Shown here: positions 10,362 to 18,816 of the stretch, one piece after another
Numbering within the stretch: the stretch's first letter is position 1
How the letters are laid out: each line of letters begins with the position of its first letter
Source of the DNA: an uncultured delta proteobacterium
Lineage (GTDB): Bacteria > Myxococcota_A > Polyangia > Fen-1088
Assembly: GCA_963796685.1 (NCBI GenBank)
Contig: CAWCMR010000008.1
Coordinates: 736,001-800,000, forward strand
Direction of reading: 5' to 3'
DNA length: 64,000 bases
Notes under the pieces: model-generated
The model's database searches: none
What the model saw: the letters and a program-made list of their open reading frames with translations, nothing else
Told to the model about the DNA's origin: nothing
Position numbers and translations under genes: made by a program

Positions 10362-10991
10362 TCACCCACGCCATCGGCCTCGCATGATGGCGAAGATCGC
10401 ATCGAGGGTGCCCGACTCCTTTCTCTCGCGCGCCTCGGACATGGCCGAGATGAGCCCTTCCTTGCGAAGCAGGGCCAAGCCATGCACCTCGGCCCAGGCG
10501 TGAAAGGCGAGCGCCGCCGCATCTGCGCGCGGGTCCATCGAGCCTTCCGCCTGGCATTCCTTCACGGTGGCCTCGACCACGCCGAAGGAATCGTAGTCTA
10601 TCGAGTGGTTTCCCGCTTTCTCGCCCATGTCCATGGCCGCGGCCATCCCTTCCTTGGAGAACATGACGCTGAGGTATTCCGGGTTCTTGCGTGCGAACTC
10701 CAGGTAGGCCAGCCCCTCGGCCATCAACTTGTCGATGGCCTTGCCCGGGCAACGCGCCCGCGCGTCGAGCAAGCCGGTCCGCAGCCGTTTGTGCCCCTCC
10801 GACATCAAGGTAGCCAGGATGGCTTCCTTGTTCTCGAAGTGGCGGTAGGGGGCGGTGTGGCTGACCCCGACCTCCTTGGCAAGCCTGCGCAGGGAGAATT
10901 CGCGCATACCCTCCTCCTTGATCAGGCGAACGGCGCCGTCGAGCAGAGCCTGACGCAGATCGGGGTGATGGTAGCTCCGTTTCTTGGGCAT
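10362..10991 (-). CDS. TetR/AcrR family transcriptional regulator
   Basis: YHHPDLRQALL..FSLRRLAKEVGVSHTAPYRHF helix-turn-helix. Confidence 0.93.
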   Translation of the reverse strand: MPKKRSYHHPDLRQALLDGAVRLIKEEGMREFSLRRLAKEVGVSHTAPYRHFENKEAILATLMSEGHKRLRTGLLDARARCPGKAIDKLMAEGLAYLEFARKNPEYLSVMFSKEGMAAAMDMGEKAGNHSIDYDSFGVVEATVKECQAEGSMDPRADAAALAFHAWAEVHGLALLRKEGLISAMSEARERKESGTLDAIFAIMRGRWRG

Positions 10992-11009
10992 GCAGCAAGT
11001 GTGCATTTT

Positions 11010-11061
11010 ATGTTGACACTGTCAACATTCGGATCTACACCAATGTTTACACTGTCAACAT
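11010..11061. promoter_or_regulatory. Two 19-bp palindromic TetR operator sites overlapping a divergent promoter
   Basis: ATGTTGACACTGTCAACAT (11010-11028) and ATGTTTACACTGTCAACAT (11043-11061); TTGACA -35 at 11013-11018. Confidence 0.85.
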
Positions 11062-11083
11062 CGCTTCACCCAAGGAGGTCACC

Positions 11084-11629
11084 ATGCAGTGCTTGATCTT
11101 GAACGGAAATCCCGGGCCATCGGACTTCGACGACTACCTGGCCCGGCTTGCGCGAGCGCTGGAACGAGAGGGCCATTCGGCCGAGCGCATCGACCTGCGC
11201 GATCTGAACCTGCGCTACTGCATGGGCTGCTGGACCTGTTGGTGGAAGACGCCGGGCCTGTGCGCGATGAAGGACGACATGGCCGACATCTATCCCAAGA
11301 TCGTGAAAGCGGATCTCGTGCTCTGGGCAAGTCCCCTGATCTTGGGAACCATCAGCGCGCTCCTCAAGAAGGTCCAGGATCGCTTCGTTCCTGTCGCCCA
11401 CCCTTACGTCGAGCTGGTGGACGGGGAATGCCACCACCGGCACCGCTACCCGCACAACGCCGACATCGGCGTGATCGTCGAGCCGACAGCGGACGACACC
11501 GATGCCGATCTGGCCATCACGCTGGAGCTCTTCCAGCGCTTCTCGCGGAACACGCGCACGCGCTTCCGCCTGTTCGCCACCACCACCACCCCTATCGAGG
11601 AGGCCGCCCGTGAAACGCTTGCTGCTTAA
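11084..11629 (+). CDS. Flavodoxin-like/NADPH-dependent FMN reductase family (iron-sulfur flavoprotein-like)
   Basis: LILNG.P, CMGCWTCW..TPGLC..KDDM, ADLVLWASP; AAGGAGG RBS. Confidence 0.85.
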   Translation: MQCLILNGNPGPSDFDDYLARLARALEREGHSAERIDLRDLNLRYCMGCWTCWWKTPGLCAMKDDMADIYPKIVKADLVLWASPLILGTISALLKKVQDRFVPVAHPYVELVDGECHHRHRYPHNADIGVIVEPTADDTDADLAITLELFQRFSRNTRTRFRLFATTTTPIEEAARETLAA

Positions 11630-12281
11630 TGGCTCCCCCCGCGGCAAAGATGGCAACTCCCGCAGAATCCTCACGTGGATCGCGCAAGGGCTGGAACAAG
11701 CCGGCATCCGCGGGCTGCCCATCGTCGATCTCGCTCCGGATCCGACGCGCGCGGCCTCGGTTCAGGCATTCCTGGACGCGGACGAGGTCGTGCTCGCCCT
11801 CCCCCTGTACACCGATTCCATGCCGGGAATCGTGAAAGGGTTTCTGGAAACCGTCGCCCGCGCGGACAAGACACGGCTGCAAGGCAAACGTATCGCCTTC
11901 ATCATCCAGTCGGGCTTCCCCGAGGGCATCCACACCGAGGCCTTGGGCTCCTACCTGGCCCGATTGTGCGAGCGCATCGGGTTCATCCACCTTGGGACCC
12001 TACGCAAGGGCGGCGTGGAAGGGATACGCATGATGCCGGCGAGGAGCGTCGCCAAGATCCAAGCCCGCTTCGTGAAAGCGGGCCATGAGCTCGGCGTCCG
12101 AGGCAGTTTCTCGCCGGAATCGATTCACGCCATGGCCGAGCCGAGAACCTTGGGGTGGAAGGGGCGCGCCCTCATCCGCCTGCTTGGCGGCATGGGCCTG
12201 CTCAATTTCTACTGGAACACCATGCTGAAGAAGCACGGCGCCTTTGAACGCCGCTTCGATGCGCCGTACCTGACGCCCTAG
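11610..12281 (+). CDS. Flavodoxin-like NAD(P)H-dependent oxidoreductase
   Basis: GTG start, LLLNGSPRGKDGNS, PLYTDSMPG, QSGFPEG. Confidence 0.85.
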   Translation: MKRLLLNGSPRGKDGNSRRILTWIAQGLEQAGIRGLPIVDLAPDPTRAASVQAFLDADEVVLALPLYTDSMPGIVKGFLETVARADKTRLQGKRIAFIIQSGFPEGIHTEALGSYLARLCERIGFIHLGTLRKGGVEGIRMMPARSVAKIQARFVKAGHELGVRGSFSPESIHAMAEPRTLGWKGRALIRLLGGMGLLNFYWNTMLKKHGAFERRFDAPYLTP

Positions 12282-12339
12282 CGACAGCCCTTTCAAGGCC
12301 CTGCCTTGACGGCCATGGGGTGATAGCCTTGCCGCGGCC

Positions 12340-13299
12340 ATGCCCAGCAAGACCCCAACCACCATCCCGGAGGATCGCCTGACCGAGGCCCTGAGTCCCG
12401 CCGACGATTCAGGCCTGCGCGCGCTACCCAAGGCGGATGTGCACTGCCACGCCCTTCTCAACTGCCCGCTTTCGACCTACGAACGCGTCCTCCGGCATAA
12501 ATTGCCCGCGCCCCCCATACGCTTTCGCAATTTCGGCGAATTCGGCGGCTACCTTGCGGCGAACATGTTCCCCGCCATTTGCAGTCTGGACGGTATTCGC
12601 ACCCTGCTGCGCGCCGGGCTCGAACGCATGGCCGGCGAAGGCGTGGTCTACGCCGAGGCCAGCGTCGACCTGCTCTTGCCCTCGCACATCCACGCCCCCG
12701 CGCAAGCCGTGCTCGAGGTCATCGCCGAGGAACGCGACCGAGTCTCCGGCCAAGTGCGCTTCGTGCCCGAGATCGGCATCAACCGTCGCGTAGCACCCGA
12801 TCGCCTGTGGCCGCTCTTCGTCGCCTACCTCGACTCGGGCGTCTTCGGCGGCATCGACCTCTACGATGACGAGCGCGCCGGCAATCTGCGCGAGTTTCAG
12901 CGCTTCTTCCGCCTCGCGCGCGAACGCGGGCTCGCGCTCAAGTCCCACGCGGGAGAGACCTGCGGTCCCGAACGCGTGCGCGAGACCATCGAAACCCTGG
13001 ACGTGGACGCCATCCAGCACGGAATCGCCGCCGTTCAAGACCCTTCACTTTTGGAAGAGCTGGCGCGGCGGGGAACCCAGCTCAATCTGTGTATGGCCAG
13101 CAACATCGCGCTGGGCGTGGCCGGATCGTATGAGGATCATCCCATTCACGCGCTGCTGGCCGCGGGCGTGAACGTCGCCCTTGGCACCGACGATTTCGCC
13201 ATATTCGGCGCCAGCCTGTCGGACGAAATCCGCCGCCTGCGACGTTCGGGCATGCGCCTGCGCGACCTGGCGAAGGTGCGCCTCGGCCCACCGGCGTAA
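12340..13299 (+). CDS. Adenosine/AMP deaminase family protein
   Basis: LPKADVHCH, HAGET, HGI, SNIALG, HPI, GTDD motifs. Confidence 0.88.
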   Translation: MPSKTPTTIPEDRLTEALSPADDSGLRALPKADVHCHALLNCPLSTYERVLRHKLPAPPIRFRNFGEFGGYLAANMFPAICSLDGIRTLLRAGLERMAGEGVVYAEASVDLLLPSHIHAPAQAVLEVIAEERDRVSGQVRFVPEIGINRRVAPDRLWPLFVAYLDSGVFGGIDLYDDERAGNLREFQRFFRLARERGLALKSHAGETCGPERVRETIETLDVDAIQHGIAAVQDPSLLEELARRGTQLNLCMASNIALGVAGSYEDHPIHALLAAGVNVALGTDDFAIFGASLSDEIRRLRRSGMRLRDLAKVRLGPPA

Positions 13300-13314
13300 C
13301 CTGGGCTGCGGTCG

Positions 13315-14040
13315 CTAGTCGCCCGACAGGTCTTCGCTCTTGTCCGCCGTGGACGAGAATCGGTAGCCGATGCCGCGCACGGTCTCCACGTAGGCCCCGG
13401 CAAAGCCCAGCTTCTCCCGCAAGCGCTTGATGTGGGTGTCCACGGTGCGCGTGTTGTTCTCCGGGCTCGCTTCCCAGACGTCGTCGAGCAGCACGCTGCG
13501 CGTCTGGACCCGTCCACGGCGCTGGTAGAGCGTCCACAGCAGCTTCATTTCGAGCGGTGTGAGGGTGATCTCCTCGCCGTCCACCCAGGTCCGATGCGCG
13601 CTTCGGTCCACGCGCAAACGGCCGAACACCAGCCCGTCCTCCGGCTCTGGATTGACCCCAAGGGCGGCACCGCGCGCGCGCCTCAAGACTGCCTGCACGC
13701 GCAGAATCAGCTCCCTTACGCTGAAGGGTTTGACGACGTAGTCATCGGCCCCCAATTCGAAACCCACCACGCGATCGATCTCCTCACTGCGGGCGGTCAG
13801 CATCATGACCGGAACCTCGCGCAGAGTCGGGTCGCTCTTGAGCTGGCGGCAGACCTCCAATCCCGAAATATCCGGCAGCATCAGGTCGAGAAGCACCAGC
13901 TCCGGACGCTCCTTTCGCGCCAAGTCGAGTCCTGTGGCGCCCCGATCGGCGACGAGCACCTCATGCCCGGCTTGACCGAGGTTGTAGGCAAGGATCTGAC
14001 GAATGTCTTCTTCGTCTTCGACGACCAGGATACGTGACAT
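13315..14040 (-). CDS. OmpR/PhoB family response regulator (PhoB-like)
   Basis: ILVVEDE, DLMLP, MLTARSEEIDRVVGFELGADDYVVKPFS, winged helix RTVDTHIKRLREKL..ETVRGIGY. Confidence 0.93.
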   Translation of the reverse strand: MSRILVVEDEEDIRQILAYNLGQAGHEVLVADRGATGLDLARKERPELVLLDLMLPDISGLEVCRQLKSDPTLREVPVMMLTARSEEIDRVVGFELGADDYVVKPFSVRELILRVQAVLRRARGAALGVNPEPEDGLVFGRLRVDRSAHRTWVDGEEITLTPLEMKLLWTLYQRRGRVQTRSVLLDDVWEASPENNTRTVDTHIKRLREKLGFAGAYVETVRGIGYRFSSTADKSEDLSGD

Positions 14041-14127
14041 GGCCCGTACCTTTTACACCCCAATCCGCCCTACGGGCAGGGGGGACAGCGAGCGATGGCT
14101 GCCAAGGTGCGGCGTCCCCGGCGCCGT

Positions 14128-14520
14128 TCACGGAAGACCGAGAATCCAATTGGCGATGGTCTGGTACTCGAGACTGTCGGTGGCAAACCGTTGTCCGCCG
14201 GTATGGCCGTCGCCGGTGGCCTTCATCAGCAACCTGCTGTCGCCGGGATTCCCCGGAGTCACCAGGGCCACGACCATGGCGCGATCCGAGCCGGCGTTGC
14301 CCGTGAGGACGAAGCTCGTGTTCGATGCCGCGCCGCCCGCAGAATGACAATATCCGCAGTCGAGCTCGAGGATGGGATACACCAACTTCTCGAACGCGAG
14401 ATCCTCGATCTCCGAGTCGGCTGTCCCCCCGTCGCGCGGCGCGGGCCCGCGATGGAAATCGGCGCAGCCCACGCTGGCCAACACGGCGGCCGTCAGTGCG
14501 AAAAGCAACCTAGAACGCAT
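14128..14520 (-). CDS. Lipoprotein with a single CxxCH heme c motif
   Basis: Lipobox-like ASVGC; CGYCH; PG.S.LL.KA.G..H.GG motif typical of planctomycete/myxobacterial monoheme domains. Confidence 0.75.
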   Translation of the reverse strand: MRSRLLFALTAAVLASVGCADFHRGPAPRDGGTADSEIEDLAFEKLVYPILELDCGYCHSAGGAASNTSFVLTGNAGSDRAMVVALVTPGNPGDSRLLMKATGDGHTGGQRFATDSLEYQTIANWILGLP

Positions 14521-15705
14521 AGGTCACCGTCAAGCGCAGGAGATCGTCCGGACGTTCGTCGACCTTCTCGAAGTTCCAAAAGTAGGCCAGGCTGACTTGC
14601 GCGCCCGCATATTCGGCCACCAACGCCAGGTTGTGGTGCGAACCGTCGTTCGCGTTGGCATAGCGTGCGTCGTAGAAGAGCCCCGCGCGGTTGTCGAAGG
14701 TCGCCAAGCCGCTGCGCGCCTGCAGGTAGAGCCAATCGCCCAGGTAGGCGCGCAGCCAGACGTAGTCGGCGAAGTGAAAGTACGCACCGGCTCCTGCCAC
14801 GGCATCGGGCCGACCGTAGCTCTCGTCGGCCGAGACGTGGGCGCGCACGGCCCCGAGGCCCACGGCCAATCGATTCAGGATGGGCCAATCAGGGCGCCAC
14901 ACGGTGAGGTCCACGGCCTGCATGACGAGCTGGCGGCCGAATCGCATCGGGTTCCAATACAGCGAATACCACAGCGTGAACGGACCGCTGGAAAGCGCCA
15001 GCCGGTTGCCCACCGCCACCCGCGCACCGTCGTAGGCAAACAGGTCGCGCTGCATGTCGAGGGTTTGGTCGCGCGCGGGAAGGTCGAAGCCCTGCGCCGT
15101 GTAGATTTCGTCGCTCGCGGACAGCCGACGCCACACCAGGGCGAAACGCACGCCGCCGCCGATGGCCGACCAAACCACGGGCAGCGTCCTCTGATCCACG
15201 CCGCTCAGTCCACCGTAACTCTTGTGAAACAGCGGATCCGGCCCGAAAGGCACCAAGATCTTGCCTGCGTGGGCGGACACGCGCACGGTCGAGCCCTTGC
15301 CCGAGAGTCGCGTGGTCAGCTCGTAGAAATAGAGCCCCAGCAGCTCGGCGTTGAACCCCACGGGCACGTCCTCGCCTTGGCGGGACAGAAACAGAAAGTG
15401 GTGGTAGCTCTGAAACGCGTTGTGCCCGCTGCCGAGCTCCCCGACCTGCCCGCACGCTCATAGACCGCATCGAACATGCCACCGAGGCGGATGCCACCCG
15501 GCAGGACGAAGGCTTGGCCTCCGTGCTCTTCGGCTTCCTCGTTCGGCGGTGCAGTGGCCGGCGCGGCCGGCGGCGAAGTCGCGTTGGCGGATGGGCCTTC
15601 TCCTGGACTGTCTGCGGCGTCCCCCTCGTCGGACGCGGCCAAGGACGGCAGCGCCGCCGCGGTCACGACGAGGAAGACAAGCGTGCGAATGACGACCCCT
15701 CTCAT
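14510..15705 (-). CDS. Putative outer-membrane beta-barrel protein, frameshift in the C-run at 15439-15442
   Basis: Signal peptide; ATG overlaps the upstream TGA; GKILVPFG motif; amphipathic beta strands; C-terminal TVTYAF barrel signature. Confidence 0.72.
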
Positions 15706-16043
15706 TTCGCGTGACACGAAGATTTGCAGGTGGCGCGCGCACCGCTGGTCGGCGGCGCCGTCCGGCCGTCATGACAAGCGCCGCAGAACTTGCCCTCGTC
15801 CATCTGGTCGTGGGTGAATCCGACGCGGGCGCGGGGGAACAATGCCGGGTGACAGGTGACACAAAGGTATTGGTCGTGCTGCCAGTGCGAAAACAGGCCC
15901 GGCGCGGGCGGATCGGCCTTGCCGTGCTCCCTGACGACGGGAACGCGCACCTCTGCCGGCACAGCCAGCACCGAGGCCGAGGCGAGGACAAGCACGCCCG
16001 GCAGAAGGAAGGCGAGCCACCTGTTCCACGTCTTCGTTGCCAT
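15702..16043 (-). CDS. c7-type triheme cytochrome c
   Basis: Signal peptide; FSH..H, CVTCH, CGACHDG, CKSSCH (CX3CH). Confidence 0.88.
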   Translation of the reverse strand: MATKTWNRWLAFLLPGVLVLASASVLAVPAEVRVPVVREHGKADPPAPGLFSHWQHDQYLCVTCHPALFPRARVGFTHDQMDEGKFCGACHDGRTAPPTSGARATCKSSCHAK

Positions 16044-16068
16044 GATGGATGCCGACCCCGATGAGACC

Positions 16069-16395
16069 TCAGCTTGCCTTCACCGCCGTCGACGACGCGG
16101 TCGCTGTCGACACCGCCGCCAGCACGGACGTCATCTTGACCCCCATGCTCCCACGAAGGGCAGGGTTAGCGGTTCTCACCATCATCATCTCCGGCTTGTT
16201 CGTGAAGTCTGTCACAGCGAGGAAGACAGCATTGTCGGATGTCTCGGTGCCAAAGTCGACCGTCTTCCACATTGCCGGGTGCTTAACAGAAAATGAGGCA
16301 TCTAAGGAAGTCAGGAATGGGTGGTATGGCCGTTGGGAGGCAATGACACCCTTGATTTCGAGCGTCGGCTTGGTGAGGGCGTTCTCGGAGACCAC
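16069..16395 (-). other. Uncertain ORF in a compositionally atypical segment
   Basis: 108-codon ORF co-oriented with the cytochrome operon. The last ~25 codons have host-like usage; the middle is rich in A/T-ending codons. No recognisable family. Confidence 0.3.
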
Positions 16396-16615
16396 CTCCA
16401 GAATCCCGGTTCAGGTGCCTTGTAGACCTCGATCACAGCGCCGATGACACTGCCGGTTGGGTCCCCATGCTCGAGATTTGCTTGTCCTGTTGGGTGCTGC
16501 GGGGTTTCTTTCTTCCTGCTTTCCTGGCTTCCTCAGAGGTTATCGAATCGAGGTCGCGTCGCCCACGTGCCCCGGTCGCGGCTTGGCCCTGGCGGGGTTG
16601 ACTCCCATCGAAACT

Positions 16616-16647
16616 GAAGCCTGCCCCACCGAAGTGAGGCAGGCTTC
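16616..16647 (-). terminator. Strong hairpin (14-bp stem, UUCG loop) downstream of GH6; terminator or REP-like
   Basis: Minus strand GAAGCCTGCCTCAC-TTCG-GTGGGGCAGGCTTC with only a weak U-tract. Confidence 0.5.
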
Positions 16648-16736
16648 CCTTACCCAAGCCCGACGAGGCGAGGAGAGATTTGGCGTATTTGCTCCGTCAG
16701 GCTCTTTCCGACCTTACCCGGACGCTCTTGCTCCCC

Positions 16737-17906
16737 TTACAACCCCGGCCTGGCGTTGTGGACCAGATCCATGAAGTAGGCTTCGAACCACTTGCCTGCC
16801 TGCGGGGCACCCTTGGCCGCGTCGGGGCCGGCACACATGGCGTCGAAGCGCGGACCATTCGGGTCAGACGAGCCATCGGATTCTCCCGGTGGTTTGACCC
16901 AGTAATAGGCGTCGATGCCAGGCGCGGGATCGGCGCGCGGGCGCTCACCCAAGCCCGCGCCATGGACGTTGCACCAGCTCCCCCACTTTTCCCGGATGCC
17001 GCCCTTGCCGTTGCGTGAGGTATCGATGATGAACCCGTGGTCCTTGAAGCCGTACATGGACAGCATTTCGCCCAGCATCTTGGCGTAGGTCAGCTCGTTC
17101 GGACACGGGTTGGAGGGCTCGAGCGCGGCGCCGTCGCGGTTCGACAAGTGGGTGTAGTTCGAGGTGTTGATGGCGAAGCCGCGAATCATCTGCGGGCCGC
17201 CGGCCTCGCTGAGCACAGTTCTGAACACCTTCGCGATCTTGGCGCGGTTGTCGTCCCAGCCCAGCCAGCCCGAGTGCGCGGCATCGAGATAGACGCTCAC
17301 GTTGGGTAGGTGGAAGCTCTTGATGGCGTAGACGATGCCGTCCTTGTACACGGACTTGGCCCGCTGGCACTTTGGTAGGCTCATATTGGTGGCCAGGTTG
17401 CCGAGCGAGTCCGGTTCCAGAACCACCGCAATGGGCTGATCCGCGTGGGCCTTGAGCTGGGCGGTGATGGGATCGATGAATTCCGTGCGGTAGCGGGCCT
17501 CGCCGTTTTCTTCGACCTTGAGCTCGCCGGCCGACGATTCGGCCGCACAGTCGCGGTTGGGCAAGTCGTAGACCACGATGACGGTCATGGTCGGCACGCC
17601 GCTCGCGTCCTGTTGCTTCTTGGCCTCGTCGAGCCAGCCCTTCAGATTCTCGACAGCCTTGATGTCGGAGAGCCACACGCCCGTCGGATAGGTCGCGACC
17701 TTGCGGATGGTTTCCGCCTCGTCCGGATGTTTGGCCGCGGTGGCCTCGACGGAGGCGGTGTACTCGGGGTTGAGGAAGAAGCGGACGTGCTTGAAGGGAT
17801 TGCCACCGCCCGTCTTGACCTCATTTTGGGGAGAGCCGATGCTCCCCATACCGCCGGCACAGGCGGCCAAGGAGAGTGCCGAAGCAAGAACTGCAAAGTG
17901 ACGCAT
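16737..17906 (-). CDS. Glycoside hydrolase family 6 cellulase, lipoprotein
   Basis: LSLAAC lipobox; VYDLPNRDCAA, EPDSL, YLDAAHSGWLGW, DTSRNG, WCN, WVKPPGESDG; AGGAGG RBS. Confidence 0.95.
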   Translation of the reverse strand: MRHFAVLASALSLAACAGGMGSIGSPQNEVKTGGGNPFKHVRFFLNPEYTASVEATAAKHPDEAETIRKVATYPTGVWLSDIKAVENLKGWLDEAKKQQDASGVPTMTVIVVYDLPNRDCAAESSAGELKVEENGEARYRTEFIDPITAQLKAHADQPIAVVLEPDSLGNLATNMSLPKCQRAKSVYKDGIVYAIKSFHLPNVSVYLDAAHSGWLGWDDNRAKIAKVFRTVLSEAGGPQMIRGFAINTSNYTHLSNRDGAALEPSNPCPNELTYAKMLGEMLSMYGFKDHGFIIDTSRNGKGGIREKWGSWCNVHGAGLGERPRADPAPGIDAYYWVKPPGESDGSSDPNGPRFDAMCAGPDAAKGAPQAGKWFEAYFMDLVHNARPGL

Positions 17907-18221
17907 GAGAGGCCTCCTAAAGGGTCCGTGTCTTGTGTGAACCCAACAGGCAACTTCCCTCAGCAAGGCGCGTACCAATCCCGGCAACCCCGTCCCGGCG
18001 CCATTGCCAATGGGATTCGGCAGTCCTTGACGCCTCCGCCTCCTGTGTCCGGACGTCCGCGGACGTCCGCGGTCAAGGGGCTCGTCATCGAGGCGGTCTC
18101 CGCAAGGGCAAGGTTGCCTGCCAGCGGGTAGCTCGTCGCCTCTCATCCGATCGCCGCACGCCGCGCGGCGATCAGGCTCTTTCGGGGCCCGTTCCCGGGG
18201 CACGGACCCCCAAGAGAGAAA

Positions 18222-18533
18222 CTACGCCACTGCGTCCTTGGCCGCCTTCACCGGACGTCCCTTGATGACCTTGCGAGCTGGCTTGGCCTTGAAGACGGTC
18301 GGCTCCTTGGTGAAGGGGTTGATGCCCTTGCGCTCCTTGGTGGCCGGCTTCTTGACCACAACCATGCGAACCAAGCCGGGTACGATGAAGATGCCGTTCT
18401 TCTTCAGCTCGGCGTGACCGATGCTGGCCATGGTCTCGATGATGCCCTTGACGTCTTTTCGGGTGAGATTGGTAGCATGCTTGTCGACGAGTACTTGGAT
18501 CAGGTCGGATTTCGAAAGAGGTCCTTTGGACAT
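18222..18533 (-). CDS. HU/IHF family histone-like DNA-binding protein
   Basis: LSKSDLI, VPGL...KKPATKERKGINPFTKEP..FKAKPA; AAGGAG RBS. Confidence 0.93.
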   Translation of the reverse strand: MSKGPLSKSDLIQVLVDKHATNLTRKDVKGIIETMASIGHAELKKNGIFIVPGLVRMVVVKKPATKERKGINPFTKEPTVFKAKPARKVIKGRPVKAAKDAVA

Positions 18534-18816
18534 GGTGTCTCCTTGGGTTGGGGATGGCGTGCTCTCCGTGGCGGGAACGACCAGGGATGTTCCCGGCCAG
18601 CGCGAGAGCGATGGTGAGCCACGGAAGGTAGCCCATCTTGCGTGGTCGTTGCGATGAAAATCGTGGAAACCGATGTTGTCCAAGCCTTGAGCAAACGCGT
18701 CATTGCCCCCGCGGCCTTGGCCGTGGTCGACAGCACCGGTCGACAGCACCCGGGGTGGCGCTCATCTAGGATTTGCGCTAGTTGTATTTGGACCTTTCCA
18801 CGACGACTCCATTCCC

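Noticed and set aside
8937-11096. 719-aa FAD oxidase fusion
   Set aside because: Artefact of the frameshift near 9887; the true C-terminus is ORF 9919..10344, and the extension runs antisense through TetR
16585-16610. SRP RNA-like fragment (minus strand GTCAACCCCGCCAGGGCC)
   Set aside because: The conserved GGAA tetraloop and AGCA motif do not follow, so no complete SRP domain IV can be built
18104-18123. Sigma-54 promoter for GH6 (TGGCAGGCAACCTTGC)
   Set aside because: GG-to-GC spacing is 11 nt, not the strict 10
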